In this document: piece by piece, positions 10,455-19,345 of the stretch
Position numbering within the stretch: position 1 is the first letter of the stretch
Layout of the letters: each line of letters begins with the position of its first letter
Position numbers and translations under genes: made by a program
Notes under the pieces: generated by a model
Seen by the model: only the letters and a program-made list of their open reading frames with translations
What the model was told of the DNA's origin: nothing
Databases searched by the model: none
Assembly: GCA_031409655.1 (NCBI GenBank)
Contig: JANNXQ010000286.1
Span: 1 to 60,919, forward strand
DNA length: 60,919 nt
From: Chthoniobacteraceae bacterium
GTDB lineage: Bacteria > Verrucomicrobiota > Verrucomicrobiia > Chthoniobacterales > Chthoniobacteraceae
Reading direction: 5' to 3'

Positions 10455-10949
10455 GTGCCCCAATCTTCCCCGCTCACCGATTTCGACTCCGTTCACGCGG
10501 TCATTTCCCAGTTGCGCATCTTCGGCGGGGTCACGGAGAGGCAGTGGGCCGAACTCTTCCGGCATTTGGAAATGTGGAAGGTGCCGGCTGGGGAGGTGAT
10601 CTTTCAAAAGGGCGACGAACCGCTGCACATTCACATCGTGAAAAGTGGGAAGATCGACCTGCAGATCCGGGAGGAGGAGGTGGTGATTCACAAACATGAG
10701 TTGCACGTCGGGGAGTGCTTTGGGGAGGCGTCGCTGATGTCGATGCACAAGCACACCGCGACGGCGGTCGCCGCGGTGGATAGCGAGATCATCGTCCTGT
10801 CGCGGCGGGCGCTGATCACGCTGAACAAGGAAGACGTCAAGCTCTTCGCTTTGCTGATGATGAATCTGGCACGGGAACTCGCGCGGCGTTTGTACATCAC
10901 CGATCAAATGCTGCTGGAGGCCACGGCGCGGCGGAAGGCGACGGCGTGA
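10455..10949 (+). CDS. Cyclic nucleotide-binding domain protein
   Basis: GEVIFQKGDE, IVKSGKI, GECFGEASL motifs; no HTH. Confidence 0.85.
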   Translation: MPQSSPLTDFDSVHAVISQLRIFGGVTERQWAELFRHLEMWKVPAGEVIFQKGDEPLHIHIVKSGKIDLQIREEEVVIHKHELHVGECFGEASLMSMHKHTATAVAAVDSEIIVLSRRALITLNKEDVKLFALLMMNLARELARRLYITDQMLLEATARRKATA

Positions 10950-11012
10950 GCGGAATGCGGAAAAACGCATGTTCATCCGATTCGCGCGGCGGCTAGGCTC
11001 TCGCGCGAACTC

Positions 11013-12212
11013 GTGACCACCCGCCAGCTCCCGCCCACGAAGAATGACCGCGCCCACTCCGGCGAGGTGCTGCTGCTCGCGAACTACGAGCCGGAGGCAC
11101 AGTGGAGCATGCTGAACTTTGCGCAGTTCCTCGCGGTCGAATTGCCAGCGCGGGGCGCGCCCGTGCGGGTGGTGCGTCCGCCCGCGCGCTTCGGGGGGAG
11201 TCGCGCGGCGGGAAAGTGGATCCGCTACGTGGATAAGTTTGTCCTTTTCCTGCCAGCACTCCGGCGGGCGGCGCGCGCTGCCGAGGCGTCGGGAGAAATG
11301 CTCCACATCTGCGATCATTCAAATGCGCTCTATCTGCACGCGGCGCGACCGGCGCGGCAGGTGGTGACGTGCCACGACCTCATCGCGGTGCGGACGGCGC
11401 TCGGCGAATTTCCGGGCACGGGCACGGGCTGGAGCGGGCGGATCCTGCAATGGCTGATCCTCGCCGGCTTGCGGAAGGCGCACTTCATCGTCTGCGATTC
11501 GCACTCCACCCGGCGCGATCTCGCGCGGATGATTCCTGAACTCGCGGAGCGGCTGAGCGTCGTGCATCTGAGCCTCGACCCTCGCTGGCGTCCGCTCTCC
11601 GAAGCGGAGGCGCGGGCGCTGCTCGCACCACTCATCTTCGCGCCGCCCGAGCGTCCGGTGATTTTTCATCTCGGGGCCAACTGTTGGTACAAAAACTGGG
11701 GGGGCGTGCTGCGGATCTTTGCTCGGGTCGTGGCGCGCACGGCGCCCGGCCTGCCGCGCCCGCTGCTAGTCCTCGGCAGCGGCACGCTCACGGAAGAAAA
11801 TCGCGCCTGGATTCGCGAGCAGGGTCTGGAAGCCGACGTGCTCGGAGTGGGGCGGCTCACGCCAGAGCAGATCCACGGACTCTACGCCCTCACGCGCGTC
11901 TTCCTTTTTCCCTCCCGCTACGAAGGCTTCGGCTGGCCGCCACTCGAGGCGCAGGCGTGTGCATGTCCGGTGGTGTGTTCGCAGGAAGGTTCGCTCGCGG
12001 AGATCGTGGAAGCGAGCGCCCTCACCGCGCATCCTGACGACGAAGCGACTCTCGCCGCGCACGTCGAAGCGCTGCTCCCCGACGGCCCGCTCCGCACAGA
12101 CATGATCCAGCGCGGCCTGCGCAATGCCGGACGCTTTACCCATGAGCAAACGATCGACGGCTACCTCGCGGCCTACGCCGCGGCACGCGCGCTCCCACCG
12201 CGTGGGTCATGA
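11013..12212 (+). CDS. GT4 glycosyltransferase
   Basis: VTCHDLIA, FPSRYEGFGWPPLEAQAC signature. Confidence 0.9.
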   Translation: MTTRQLPPTKNDRAHSGEVLLLANYEPEAQWSMLNFAQFLAVELPARGAPVRVVRPPARFGGSRAAGKWIRYVDKFVLFLPALRRAARAAEASGEMLHICDHSNALYLHAARPARQVVTCHDLIAVRTALGEFPGTGTGWSGRILQWLILAGLRKAHFIVCDSHSTRRDLARMIPELAERLSVVHLSLDPRWRPLSEAEARALLAPLIFAPPERPVIFHLGANCWYKNWGGVLRIFARVVARTAPGLPRPLLVLGSGTLTEENRAWIREQGLEADVLGVGRLTPEQIHGLYALTRVFLFPSRYEGFGWPPLEAQACACPVVCSQEGSLAEIVEASALTAHPDDEATLAAHVEALLPDGPLRTDMIQRGLRNAGRFTHEQTIDGYLAAYAAARALPPRGS

Positions 12213-12333
12213 CGGAAATGACACCGATGGCTTTCGACCACAGATGACCCAGATAGCACAGATGGAAGGATAAGCCTGAAAGCGGGATTGGGATTTTTAA
12301 CGCAGAGACGCAAAGACGCAGAGGACGCAGAGT

Positions 12334-13337
12334 TAGAGCATTTTAAATATTCGCGTAGCCGTCCGCCGCGGTCTTTCCTACAGTTTTTGAGCGCCCTCCT
12401 TCTCGTTGGCATTTGCGCACGCGGATTCTTGCTTCGTGCGATCAACTGGAGGGGACGCGGGCAGACATTGCCAAACGTTTCCGGGTGTCGCTGGGCATGG
12501 TGAAAAAACTGCTCCAGCAGCGGCGCAAAACCGGCAAGATCGGCCATCGTCACGCCTGCGCGGGGCGGAAGCCCAAAAACCTGCCGAGGTATCATCACCA
12601 GATGCAGAAACTGCTGGCAAAAAAGCCCGACCTCACCTTGCTGGAACTGCGCGCCGCCCTGGCGCTCTCCTGTTCGCTGCCGGCCATTCACTACGCTTTG
12701 GCGGACTTGGGGCTGACATCTAAAAAAGACGCTCCGCGCCAGCGAGCAAGACCGTCCCGACATCGCCAAAAGCCGGAAGGCGTGGCGGCGCCAGCAAACT
12801 CGACTCGACCCGGCGCGCTTGATCTTCCTTGACAAATCCGGGGCGAAGACCAATCTGACGCGGTTGCGCGGACGTGCCGCGCGGGGCTAAAGAGTCCACG
12901 CCAGCCACCCACACGGCCACTGGCACACGACGACCATGATCTCCTCCATTCGCTTCGACGGCACGACGGCTTGCAGGACGATCGACGGGGCCACCGATCC
13001 AGACACTTTCCGCAGCTACGTCGAGCAGGTCTTGGTTCCGACTCTGCGGACCGGTGACATCGTGATCATGGACAATCTCGCTGCCCATAAAGACGACAAG
13101 ACCGAGGCGCTGATCGTCGCGGCCGGGGCGGAAGTGCGGTTTCTTCCGCTCTATTCCCCGGATCTCAACCCGATCGAAAAGATGTGGAGCAAGGTCAAAA
13201 ACTCCCTCCGCTCAGCCGAAGCCCGCACCCTTCCCCAACTCCAAAAAGCGATTGCTGTTGCCTCGGCAAAGGTGCCGGACAAAGACGCGCTTGGATGGTG
13301 GATTTCGTGCGGCTATCGCTTTATTTAAAATGCTCCA
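12334..13337 (+). mobile_element. Degenerate IS630-family insertion sequence (~1.0 kb)
   Basis: TIRs tagagcattttaaata (12334-12349) and tatttaaaatgctcca (13322-13337). HTH ORF and DDE ORF (MDNLAAHK, FLPLYSPDLNPIEKMWSK) are linked by an A6G slippery site at ~12722. In-frame TAA at 12888-12890; DE changed to DK. Confidence 0.9.
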
Positions 13338-13339
13338 GC

Positions 13340-13844
13340 CCGTCCGGCGCCCGATGCCGGTTGGCCCCCGTCTTTACATCGAACGCCTTTCAGACTCAGG
13401 ACGGTTCCACGAGCTCAAGCTCCGGACTGCTTTCCGCTCCACCGGCTTCCGCCCCCGCTCCTGCCAGAGCATATTCACGTAGTGCCACGGCGAATGGTGA
13501 TACTTCGCCCGCCGAGGTGGCGGAGGGGAATAGCGGCGGACGGTGAATGGGCGAGCAGCGCCGCATGGCCTAAGTCCCGCACAACATCCGGCTAAGTCGC
13601 CGCCCGCAGGAAAAGCGCCCGATCCCGCTGCGCCTGCGTCAGCGCAGACCCCACATCCTCCGCCAGCAAATCCGCATCCCCCGGCGCCCCCCCGCAAAAG
13701 CCCCACCGCCTTCGTCCGCGTGGAGGCATCCATGTGATCCCAAGCCACCGCCGCCACCACCCGATGCCCCTTCTGATCCCAGGCGTGCGCTGACGTGGAA
13801 AACAGCGTGAAAGCAAGCAGGAGCGATAACGACGGCGTCTTCAT
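13340..13844 (-). pseudogene. S1/P1 nuclease pseudogene
   Basis: Signal peptide then AWDQKGHRVVAAVA; frameshift near C-run 13687-13693; TAG at 13592 where Trp of WPD is expected; PWHYVN; truncated at the IS630 end. Confidence 0.75.
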
Positions 13845-13899
13845 CCGGGCATGAGAACGGAGTGGTCTGGTGGCAGTGGAGGAGGATTGCGGAGCGGAA

Positions 13900-13972
13900 A
13901 GCGAGCACGGCGACAGCCTGCTCGCTTTCTTCGGGGCACGCAGATAGCCAGTGGGCTGTCGCCACACTCGCT
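13900..13972. repeat. Paired bulged hairpins (array boundary element, copy 1)
   Basis: agcgagcacggcgacagcctgctcgct (13900-13926) and agccagtgggctgtcgccacactcgct (13946-13972). Confidence 0.85.
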
Positions 13973-14333
13973 CTACGGGCTCGTCACCTTCAGCCACCGT
14001 GCCGATCGAGATGCTGAAGGTGTGCGTGCTGCCGGCGCCGGTGTCGGGGATCGGGGTCCAGCTTCCATTGAGCAGCGTCGTGCTCCACTCCGCGCCGTAG
14101 GTGATGCCGCTCACGCCCGCGGGCTGGGTGAAGCTGGCTACGAAGTTCCCGCCGACCTTCTGCGGGCGCGGGAGCTGGCCGGCGCTGTTTTGCGTCGGAT
14201 TCAGGCCGAAGTCGAATTCGAGGAGATTGCCGATGCCGTCCCGGTCGGTGTCGCTGAGGTCGGCGCCGTTGCCGCTATTCGCGATGCTGCCGAAGTAGAT
14301 CTGCCGCCAGTTCTCCAGGCCGGTGAGGGTGAT
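13973..14333 (-). pseudogene. Orphan copy of the giant protein C-terminal domain
   Basis: LENWRQIYFGSIANSGNG...GITYGAEWSTTL...HTFSISIGTV; no start codon; ~17-nt deletion near the end. Confidence 0.9.
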
Positions 14334-14394
14334 TCGTGGTGTCAGGCCTTTCTCCACGCTTACCCGGATTCGTGACGTGCCTAATCCTGTCCGT

Positions 14395-14580
14395 ATGACC
14401 CAAGCCGTCGCCCGCATCATCGGCGAAGTCGAGCAGCTCTCCGTGCCCGAGCGCATCGAATTGCGCCGCCTCATCGCGCAGCGCGTCCCGATGACGGACG
14501 ATCTCACCGACGACGATTTCGCTGCCATCGCCGCAAAATCGTTCAGGGCGCTGGATGCGGAGGAGAAAGCCAGGCATTGA
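14395..14580 (+). CDS. Small antitoxin-like (addiction-module-type) protein, 61 aa
   Basis: MTQAVARIIGEVEQLSVPERIEL..., acidic; its stop overlaps the hicA TTG start. Confidence 0.55.
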   Translation: MTQAVARIIGEVEQLSVPERIELRRLIAQRVPMTDDLTDDDFAAIAAKSFRALDAEEKARH

Positions 14581-14765
14581 AAGTCCGTGACGTTATCAAA
14601 CTGATCGAGGAAGACGGGTGGCAGATGGTCCGCACCCGCGGCAGCCATCAGCACTACAAGCATCCGCGAAAGCCCGGCTTGGTCACGGTCGCGGGTTATC
14701 CTGGCGTTGACGTTCCGAAAGGCACGCTCAACAGTATCTACAAGCAAGCCAGTCTGAAGGAATAG
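14577..14765 (+). CDS. hicA: HicA-family toxin
   Basis: 62 aa; DGW...RGSHQHYKHP...GTLNSIYKQA. Confidence 0.92.
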   Translation: MKVRDVIKLIEEDGWQMVRTRGSHQHYKHPRKPGLVTVAGYPGVDVPKGTLNSIYKQASLKE

Positions 14766-14770
14766 CTCTC

Positions 14771-14986
14771 ATGCATTACACCGTCGTCATTGAACAGGGG
14801 CCAACCAGCTTCGGAGCGTATGTCCCCGATCTGCCGGGTTGCGTCGCCGCCGCCGAGACGCGATCGGAGGTCGTGTCTCTGATCCGGGAAGCGATCGAGT
14901 TTCATTTGGAAACCTTGCGAGACGAGGGGATGCCCGTTCCCGAACCGCATTCGAGCGCGGAACTCGTCGAAGTCCCAATCGGCTGA
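14771..14986 (+). CDS. hicB: HicB-family antitoxin (short, no DNA-binding domain)
   Basis: AYVPDLPGCVAAAET...EAIEFHLETL. Confidence 0.92.
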   Translation: MHYTVVIEQGPTSFGAYVPDLPGCVAAAETRSEVVSLIREAIEFHLETLRDEGMPVPEPHSSAELVEVPIG

Positions 14987-15058
14987 TCCTGCGCGGAAAA
15001 AGGAGGAAACGGGAAAACGGCTCCGCGTCACGCGGCAGATGCCGGCAGGCCGCCGCCG

Positions 15059-15163
15059 TGGAGGGATGCGCTCCGTCGCGTCCCCGATGAACGGTCGGAG
15101 ACGGCGCGGAGCCCCCACCGCCTCCGCCCGGAAGTTTGGGACATGACGGAGCATGTCCCTCCA
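15059..15163. repeat. REP-like inverted pair, family D (ggagggatgcgctccgtcgcgtccc ... gggacatgacggagcatgtccctcc)
   Basis: Imperfect inverted arms; a related single arm at 31905-31930. Confidence 0.65.
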
Positions 15164-15209
15164 AGGCACAGAGAAATCGATCCGCCTCTCGCCACACTCG
15201 CTCTACGGC

Positions 15210-15302
15210 TTACGGGTCCGTCACCTTCAGCCGCAGGAAGAGCTTCGGGGCCGAGCCGATGGAGAGGCGGAAGGCGGGCTGGGCGCCGGTGCTGGTGCCC
15301 AT
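15210..15302 (-). pseudogene. Orphan 3'-tail fragment of the giant gene, followed by a half hairpin (15189-15203)
   Basis: GTSTGAQPAFRLSIGSAPKLFLRLKVTDP*. Confidence 0.8.
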
Positions 15303-15318
15303 CGCCCGCGGCTAGTGG

Positions 15319-15400
15319 AAAGGATGAAGGATGAAGTGAACTGGCCTTCGGCGAAGCGGCCATCTTCTTCATCCTTCCGCCTTCCTCCTTCCTCCTTCCT
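15319..15400. repeat. Inverted heptamer array (aaggatg)n...(cttcatc/cttcctc)n, copy 1
   Basis: Direct heptamer runs in inverted orientation; second copy at 19255-19343. Confidence 0.8.
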
Positions 15401-15402
15401 GT

Positions 15403-15925
15403 TCAAGGGCTGGTGAGCTGCACTTCGTCGAGGGAGAGGGCGCGATCGTCTCCACTGGGGTTGTCGGACAGCCCGCGGGACACGCGGATGACGCGGCCAG
15501 TGACGTTGCCCGTGCTGACGCTGAGCGTGGCGGGGCCGTTGAGTACGTTGTTGGGGTTGAGCACTGCGGAGGTGAAGACCGGCACGGTGCCGGCCGCATC
15601 GCTGAAGACCCGCACGGTGATGTTGCGCAGGCGATCCCCCGCAAAGCTACGATTGTAGAGGAGGATGCCGCCGATCTGGGTGTCGATCGGCAAGGTCAGC
15701 GTCCACGTCGGGGCGGTGTCGGCCGGGTCGGTGTGGGTGAAACTGTTGAGATTCCCGTCGATGGCATTGGAGGCTGGGTAGCCACCCGCGCAGTAAGCCG
15801 AGCTCTGCGTAGCGACCGCTCCGGCGAGGGAGATGGGCGTGCCGGAATCCGTGACCTCGAAGCGCCAGAACATCCGGGGGTTCGTGCCGATGGGCCAGTG
15901 AAGGTGTGCAGCTGACCCGTGCCGG
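15403..15925 (-). pseudogene. Divergent C-terminal tail fused in-frame to an F-type lectin/F5-8 type C-like domain (orphan)
   Basis: PIGTNPRMFWRFEVTD-SGTPISLAGAVATQSS...ASNAIDGN...FTHT...W...YNR...RLRN...GRVIRV...LSLDEVQL*. Confidence 0.75.
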
Positions 15926-16004
15926 GGTTCCGGAGCGTGAAGGTCTTCAACGCACCGGGTAGGCCAAGGATCTTGTTGCCGAAATCGACGCTGGGCGTTC
16001 CCAC
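15920..16004 (-). pseudogene. Fragment of an ASH/choice-of-anchor D domain
   Basis: GTPSVDFGNKILGLPGALKTFTLRN resembles giant-gene GATSVDFGSKILGTPGVPKTFTIRN (~23760-23835). Confidence 0.75.
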
Positions 16005-16045
16005 TAAGCCGCCATGCCGCGTGGCCTACAAGGCACGACGCGGTC

Positions 16046-16222
16046 TCACTGCTGCGCCACTGCCGGCTGCCGGCTCTTCCGTCCGGCGGCATAGCGCTGG
16101 CGCACGTCCTGGAGGTAGGCGACGCGTTCTTCCATGGTCATCGCGTCGAGCTTGCGGCTGGTGCTCTCGCGCCACTTGCGGCTTTCGGCGACGGCATCAA
16201 ATGCTTTGGTCTTGGTGTCCAT
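16046..16222 (-). CDS. Small putative antitoxin partner of the PIN protein, 58 aa
   Basis: MDTKTKAFDAVAESRKWRESTSRKLDAMTMEERVAYL...; overlaps the 3' end of the PIN gene; below the ORF-track cutoff. Confidence 0.65.
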   Translation of the reverse strand: MDTKTKAFDAVAESRKWRESTSRKLDAMTMEERVAYLQDVRQRYAAGRKSRQPAVAQQ

Positions 16223-16664
16223 AGATGAGTTGCAGTGGGTTGACGATACGGACAGGCGGGTAGCCTTGCAAAAGGTTTACGGCATTGAAGCCAGCTTCGC
16301 GTTGGACGTTGACCAGATGCCGGAAGTTCCAACTCACGAGGTAGTCGAGCCGGGAGACGGTGCAGGCGGCGACGTGCCGGGCGTCGTCGCTGTATTTGGG
16401 CGTAAGGACGGCTTACGCGAGGTAATTGGCGGCGAGCTGCTCGACCTCCGCCGTCACGACCACGAGTGCCTCGGGTGCAAAGGTGTCTTCAAAAAGTTCA
16501 CGAACGTTTTCCGGGGCGTCGGCCAATTCATCGACGGTGATGGGCGAACTGAGGAAGCGCCATTGGCCCGCTTCCATCTGCCGCCAAAGTTCCTGCGTGG
16601 CGTCTTTCCACTCGTCGTCGAAGTAGCCGCCGATGACGGAGGTATCGAGGTAAAGGCTGGGCAC
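16197..16664 (-). pseudogene. PIN-domain toxin with one in-frame TAA (16413-16415)
   Basis: LYLDTSVIGGYFD...; the same frame continues after TAA as DDARHVAACTVSRLDYLVSWNFRHLVN...NPLQLI to TGA at 16197. Confidence 0.88.
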
Positions 16665-16684
16665 AGATATGGCGCGATTGTAGC

Positions 16685-16756
16685 GCGAGTGTGCTGACAG
16701 GCCACTCGCTTCTTCCGGGCGCGCAGAGAGCGAGTGGGCTTTATCGCCACACTCGC
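16685..16756. repeat. Paired bulged hairpins (copy 2)
   Basis: gcgagtgtgctgacaggccactcgct and agcgagtgggctttatcgccacactcgc. Confidence 0.85.
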
Positions 16757-16767
16757 GCTCCGCCGGC

Positions 16768-17108
16768 CTATGGGTTCGGGTCCGTCACCTGCAGCCGCAG
16801 GAAGAGCTTCGGCGCGGTGCCGATGGGGAGGCGGAAGGTGTGTGTGCTACCGGAGCCGGTGTCGGGGATCGGGGTCCAGCTTCCGGCTTGCAGGGTGGTG
16901 CTCCATTCGGCGCCGTAGGTGATGCTGCTCACGCCGGCGGGCTGGGTGAGGGTGGCCACGAAGTTCCCGCCCACCTTTTGCGGGCGCGGGAGCTGGCCGG
17001 CGCTGTGGAGCGTCGGGTTCAGGCCGAAGCCGAATTCGAGGAGATTGTCGATGCCGTCGCGGTCCGTGTCGCTGAGGTCTCCGCCGTTGCCGCTATTCGC
17101 GATGCTGC
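16768..17108 (-). pseudogene. Orphan copy of the giant protein C-terminal domain
   Basis: SIANSGNGGDLSDTDRDGIDNLLEFGFG...KLFLRLQVTDPNP*; begins 3 bp after the DUF5615 stop. Confidence 0.9.
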
Positions 17109-17111
17109 GGA

Positions 17112-17459
17112 TCAGAGCGGGAGATAGATGATCTGCCCGGTCGCCTCATCAGTCGTGGACGCGCGGGCGACGATCTCGAGGTCTTCCACGCAGCGTCCGA
17201 TCGAGACGTGCTGTTGGTGCGCGTACACGATCGTTGCGAACGAAAGTCCCGCCCGGTGGCGGCGCACACCCTCCGCGAGAAAGTCCGAGTCGCGCGTGAA
17301 GACGATGCGCCCGAGCACTGCCACCCGGTCGAGCAAATCGGGATCGAGAAACCGCGCCGCGCCGTCCTCCTGCGCCGTGAGCACGTCCACGCCACGTCGG
17401 CGCAATCCCCGTGTGATGCCCGCGGGGACATGCACGTCCATGTAGAGCCCGAGGCTCAC
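17112..17459 (-). CDS. DUF5615 PIN-like toxin
   Basis: LYMDVHVP...GVDVLTAQEDG...DPDLL...FTRDSDF; GTGA overlap with DUF433. Confidence 0.85.
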   Translation of the reverse strand: MSLGLYMDVHVPAGITRGLRRRGVDVLTAQEDGAARFLDPDLLDRVAVLGRIVFTRDSDFLAEGVRRHRAGLSFATIVYAHQQHVSIGRCVEDLEIVARASTTDEATGQIIYLPL

Positions 17460-17773
17460 TTCGACGATTTCAACTGCCGCAGCCGGCGTTGCAGTGGCGA
17501 CTCCCCGAGTTCCGATTTCCACCCGGCCACTTCCCGCTCACGCCGCAACATCTCCTGCTCGAAGTCAGTCTGATGATCGTAGAAGAACGCGAGCGCCGCG
17601 TGGATTTGCGCCAGCGTCAGATGCGGGAACTGCTCGTGAATCGCCTCCGCGCTCCACCCATAGGCCAGATGATCCAGCGCGAGTTCGACGACTTTCACAT
17701 TCGTATCGTCCAACCACGCCACGCCGCTCTCGTCGCGGACGATGTGGGAGGCAGGTTCGGCGATGGATGGCAT
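17456..17773 (-). CDS. DUF433 antitoxin
   Basis: TNVKVVEL...GWSAEAIHEQFPHLTLAQIHAALAFFYDH. Confidence 0.88.
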   Translation of the reverse strand: MPSIAEPASHIVRDESGVAWLDDTNVKVVELALDHLAYGWSAEAIHEQFPHLTLAQIHAALAFFYDHQTDFEQEMLRREREVAGWKSELGESPLQRRLRQLKSSK

Positions 17774-17839
17774 GGCGGTGACCGTAAAGGCGCGGCGCGC
17801 TGTTGGCAAAGCCGCATTCATTTTACTGCCGGAGCGTGG

Positions 17840-17866
17840 AGCGAGTGGGCTGTCGCCACACTCGCT
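17840..17866. repeat. Single bulged hairpin (copy 3)
   Basis: agcgagtgggctgtcgccacactcgct. Confidence 0.85.
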
Positions 17867-17876
17867 CTCCGCCGGC

Positions 17877-18368
17877 CTACGGGTTCGGGTCCGTCACCTT
17901 CAGCCGCATGAAGAGCTTTGGCACGGTGCCGATGGAGGTGCTGAAGGTGTGCGTGGCACCGGGGCCGGTGTCGGGGATCGGGGTCCAGCTTCCGGCTTGC
18001 AGCGTCGTGCTCCACTCGGCGCCGTAGGTGATGCCGCTCACGCCGGCGGGCTGGGTGAAGGTGGCCACGAAGTTCCCGCCGACCTTCTGCGGGCGCGGGA
18101 GCTGGCCGGCGCTGTTTTGCGTCGGGTTCAGGCCGAAGCCGAATTCGAGGAGATTCCCGATGCCGTCGCGGTCGGTGTCGCTGAGCTTTCCGCCGTTGCC
18201 GCTGTTGGCGATGCTGCCGAAGTAGAGTTGCCGCCAGTTTTCCAGGGCGGTCAGGAGTCGGCCGGTGAGGGTGATGTTGGTGATGGCTTCGTGCGCGTCG
18301 TGGCTGACCACGCGCAGGGTGGTGGCGCGGAAGCCGGGGGTCGTGGGATTGAAGGTCACGATGATCGA
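17877..18368 (-). pseudogene. Orphan ASH-domain end plus complete C-terminal domain of the giant-protein family
   Basis: IVTFNPTTPGFRATTLRVVSHD...ITLTG..TALENWRQLYFG...KLFMRLKVTDPNP*; 17964-18105 matches 19871-20012 at 141/142 nt. Confidence 0.9.
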
Positions 18369-18416
18369 GTGAGTGGAGCGTTGCGAAGGGAAGCCGGGGA
18401 TGGCACCGTCAGGGAC

Positions 18417-18623
18417 ATGAGCACTAAGATGATCGAGCAACGATTGGCCGACTTGCAGAAGCGCGTGGAGAAGCTGGAGGCTGCCAAAACGCTCTCCGAT
18501 AAACTCCAACTCCGCGATCGTTGGAAGGAGGCCTTCGGCGCGATGAAGGATTGCGAGCATTTTGAGGAAGCGATGAAGCTCGGCGCCAAGTGGAGAGCGA
18601 AAGCGAATCGGGAGGGCCGGTAG
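18417..18623 (+). CDS. Putative antitoxin of VapC, 68 aa
   Basis: MSTKMIEQRLADLQKRVEKLE...WKEAFGAMKDCEHFEEAMKLGAKWR; 4 bp upstream of the PIN toxin. Confidence 0.75.
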   Translation: MSTKMIEQRLADLQKRVEKLEAAKTLSDKLQLRDRWKEAFGAMKDCEHFEEAMKLGAKWRAKANREGR

Positions 18624-18627
18624 TGCG

Positions 18628-19050
18628 ATGGTGGCGGTGCTCGACACCAACCACTTCACGGAATTCGTCCGTGGCGCGCAGTTGGGACGGAATCTGAGAG
18701 AGCGAATTACGGCGCAAGACGCGGACGTATTCGTGTCGATCGTCACGGCGCAGGAATCCTTCGAGGGCTGGTTTGCCCTGATCCATCGCCAACGGGCAGG
18801 CCGAAATCAGATCAAGGGCTACGCCGAATTCCAGCTCAGCATGGAAACATTGATGAAATTCACCATGCTCCCATTCGACGACGAAGCCGCGGACCACTTT
18901 CACCGCTTGCAAAGTGGGCGCGTGCGCATCGGCACGATGGACTTGAAGGTCGCCTCCATCTGCCTCGCTCACGACGCCACGCTGCTCACGCGCAATCTCG
19001 TGGACTTCGAGAAGGTTCCCGGCTTGCGCGTGGAGAACTGGGTGGACTGA
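18628..19050 (+). CDS. vapC: VapC PIN-domain toxin
   Basis: VLDTNH, SIVTAQE, GTMDLKVASI, LLTRNLVDFEKVPGLRVENW. Confidence 0.92.
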   Translation: MVAVLDTNHFTEFVRGAQLGRNLRERITAQDADVFVSIVTAQESFEGWFALIHRQRAGRNQIKGYAEFQLSMETLMKFTMLPFDDEAADHFHRLQSGRVRIGTMDLKVASICLAHDATLLTRNLVDFEKVPGLRVENWVD

Positions 19051-19056
19051 GCGGAG

Positions 19057-19129
19057 AGCGAGCATGGCGACAGCCTGCTCGCTTCTTCCGTGCGCCCAGC
19101 CAGCGAGTGGGCTTATCGCCCCACTCGCT
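19057..19129. repeat. Paired bulged hairpins (copy 4)
   Basis: agcgagcatggcgacagcctgctcgct and agcgagtgggcttatcgccccactcgct. Confidence 0.85.
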
Positions 19130-19139
19130 CTCCGCTGGC

Positions 19140-19238
19140 CTGCGGGTTCGGATCCGTCACCTTCAGCCGCAGGAAGAGCTTCGGCGCGGGGCCGATGGGG
19201 AGGCTGAAGGTGTGCTGGGCGCCGGGGCCGGTGCCCAT
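19140..19238 (-). pseudogene. Orphan 3'-tail fragment of the giant gene
   Basis: GTGPGAQHTFSLPIGPAPKLFLRLKVTDPNP; TAG replaced by CAG. Confidence 0.82.
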
Positions 19239-19254
19239 CGCCCGCGGCTCGTGG

Positions 19255-19343
19255 AAAGGATGAAGGATGAAGGATGAAGTGAACTGGCCTTCGGCGGAGC
19301 CGCCAGCTTCTTCATCCTTCCGCCTTCCTCCTTCATCCTTCCT
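19255..19343. repeat. Inverted heptamer array, copy 2
   Basis: (aaggatg)x3 ... cttcatccttccgccttcctccttcatcctt. Confidence 0.8.
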
Positions 19344-19345
19344 GC

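Noticed and set aside
13374..14747. 457-aa ORF as a single fusion protein
   Set aside because: It is a chance read-through of antisense TA genes, the orphan C-terminal copy, the hairpins and the frameshifted nuclease.
16413..16415. Stop-codon recoding (alternative genetic code)
   Set aside because: TAA, TAG and TGA all end ordinary genes in the window; internal stops occur only in decayed elements.
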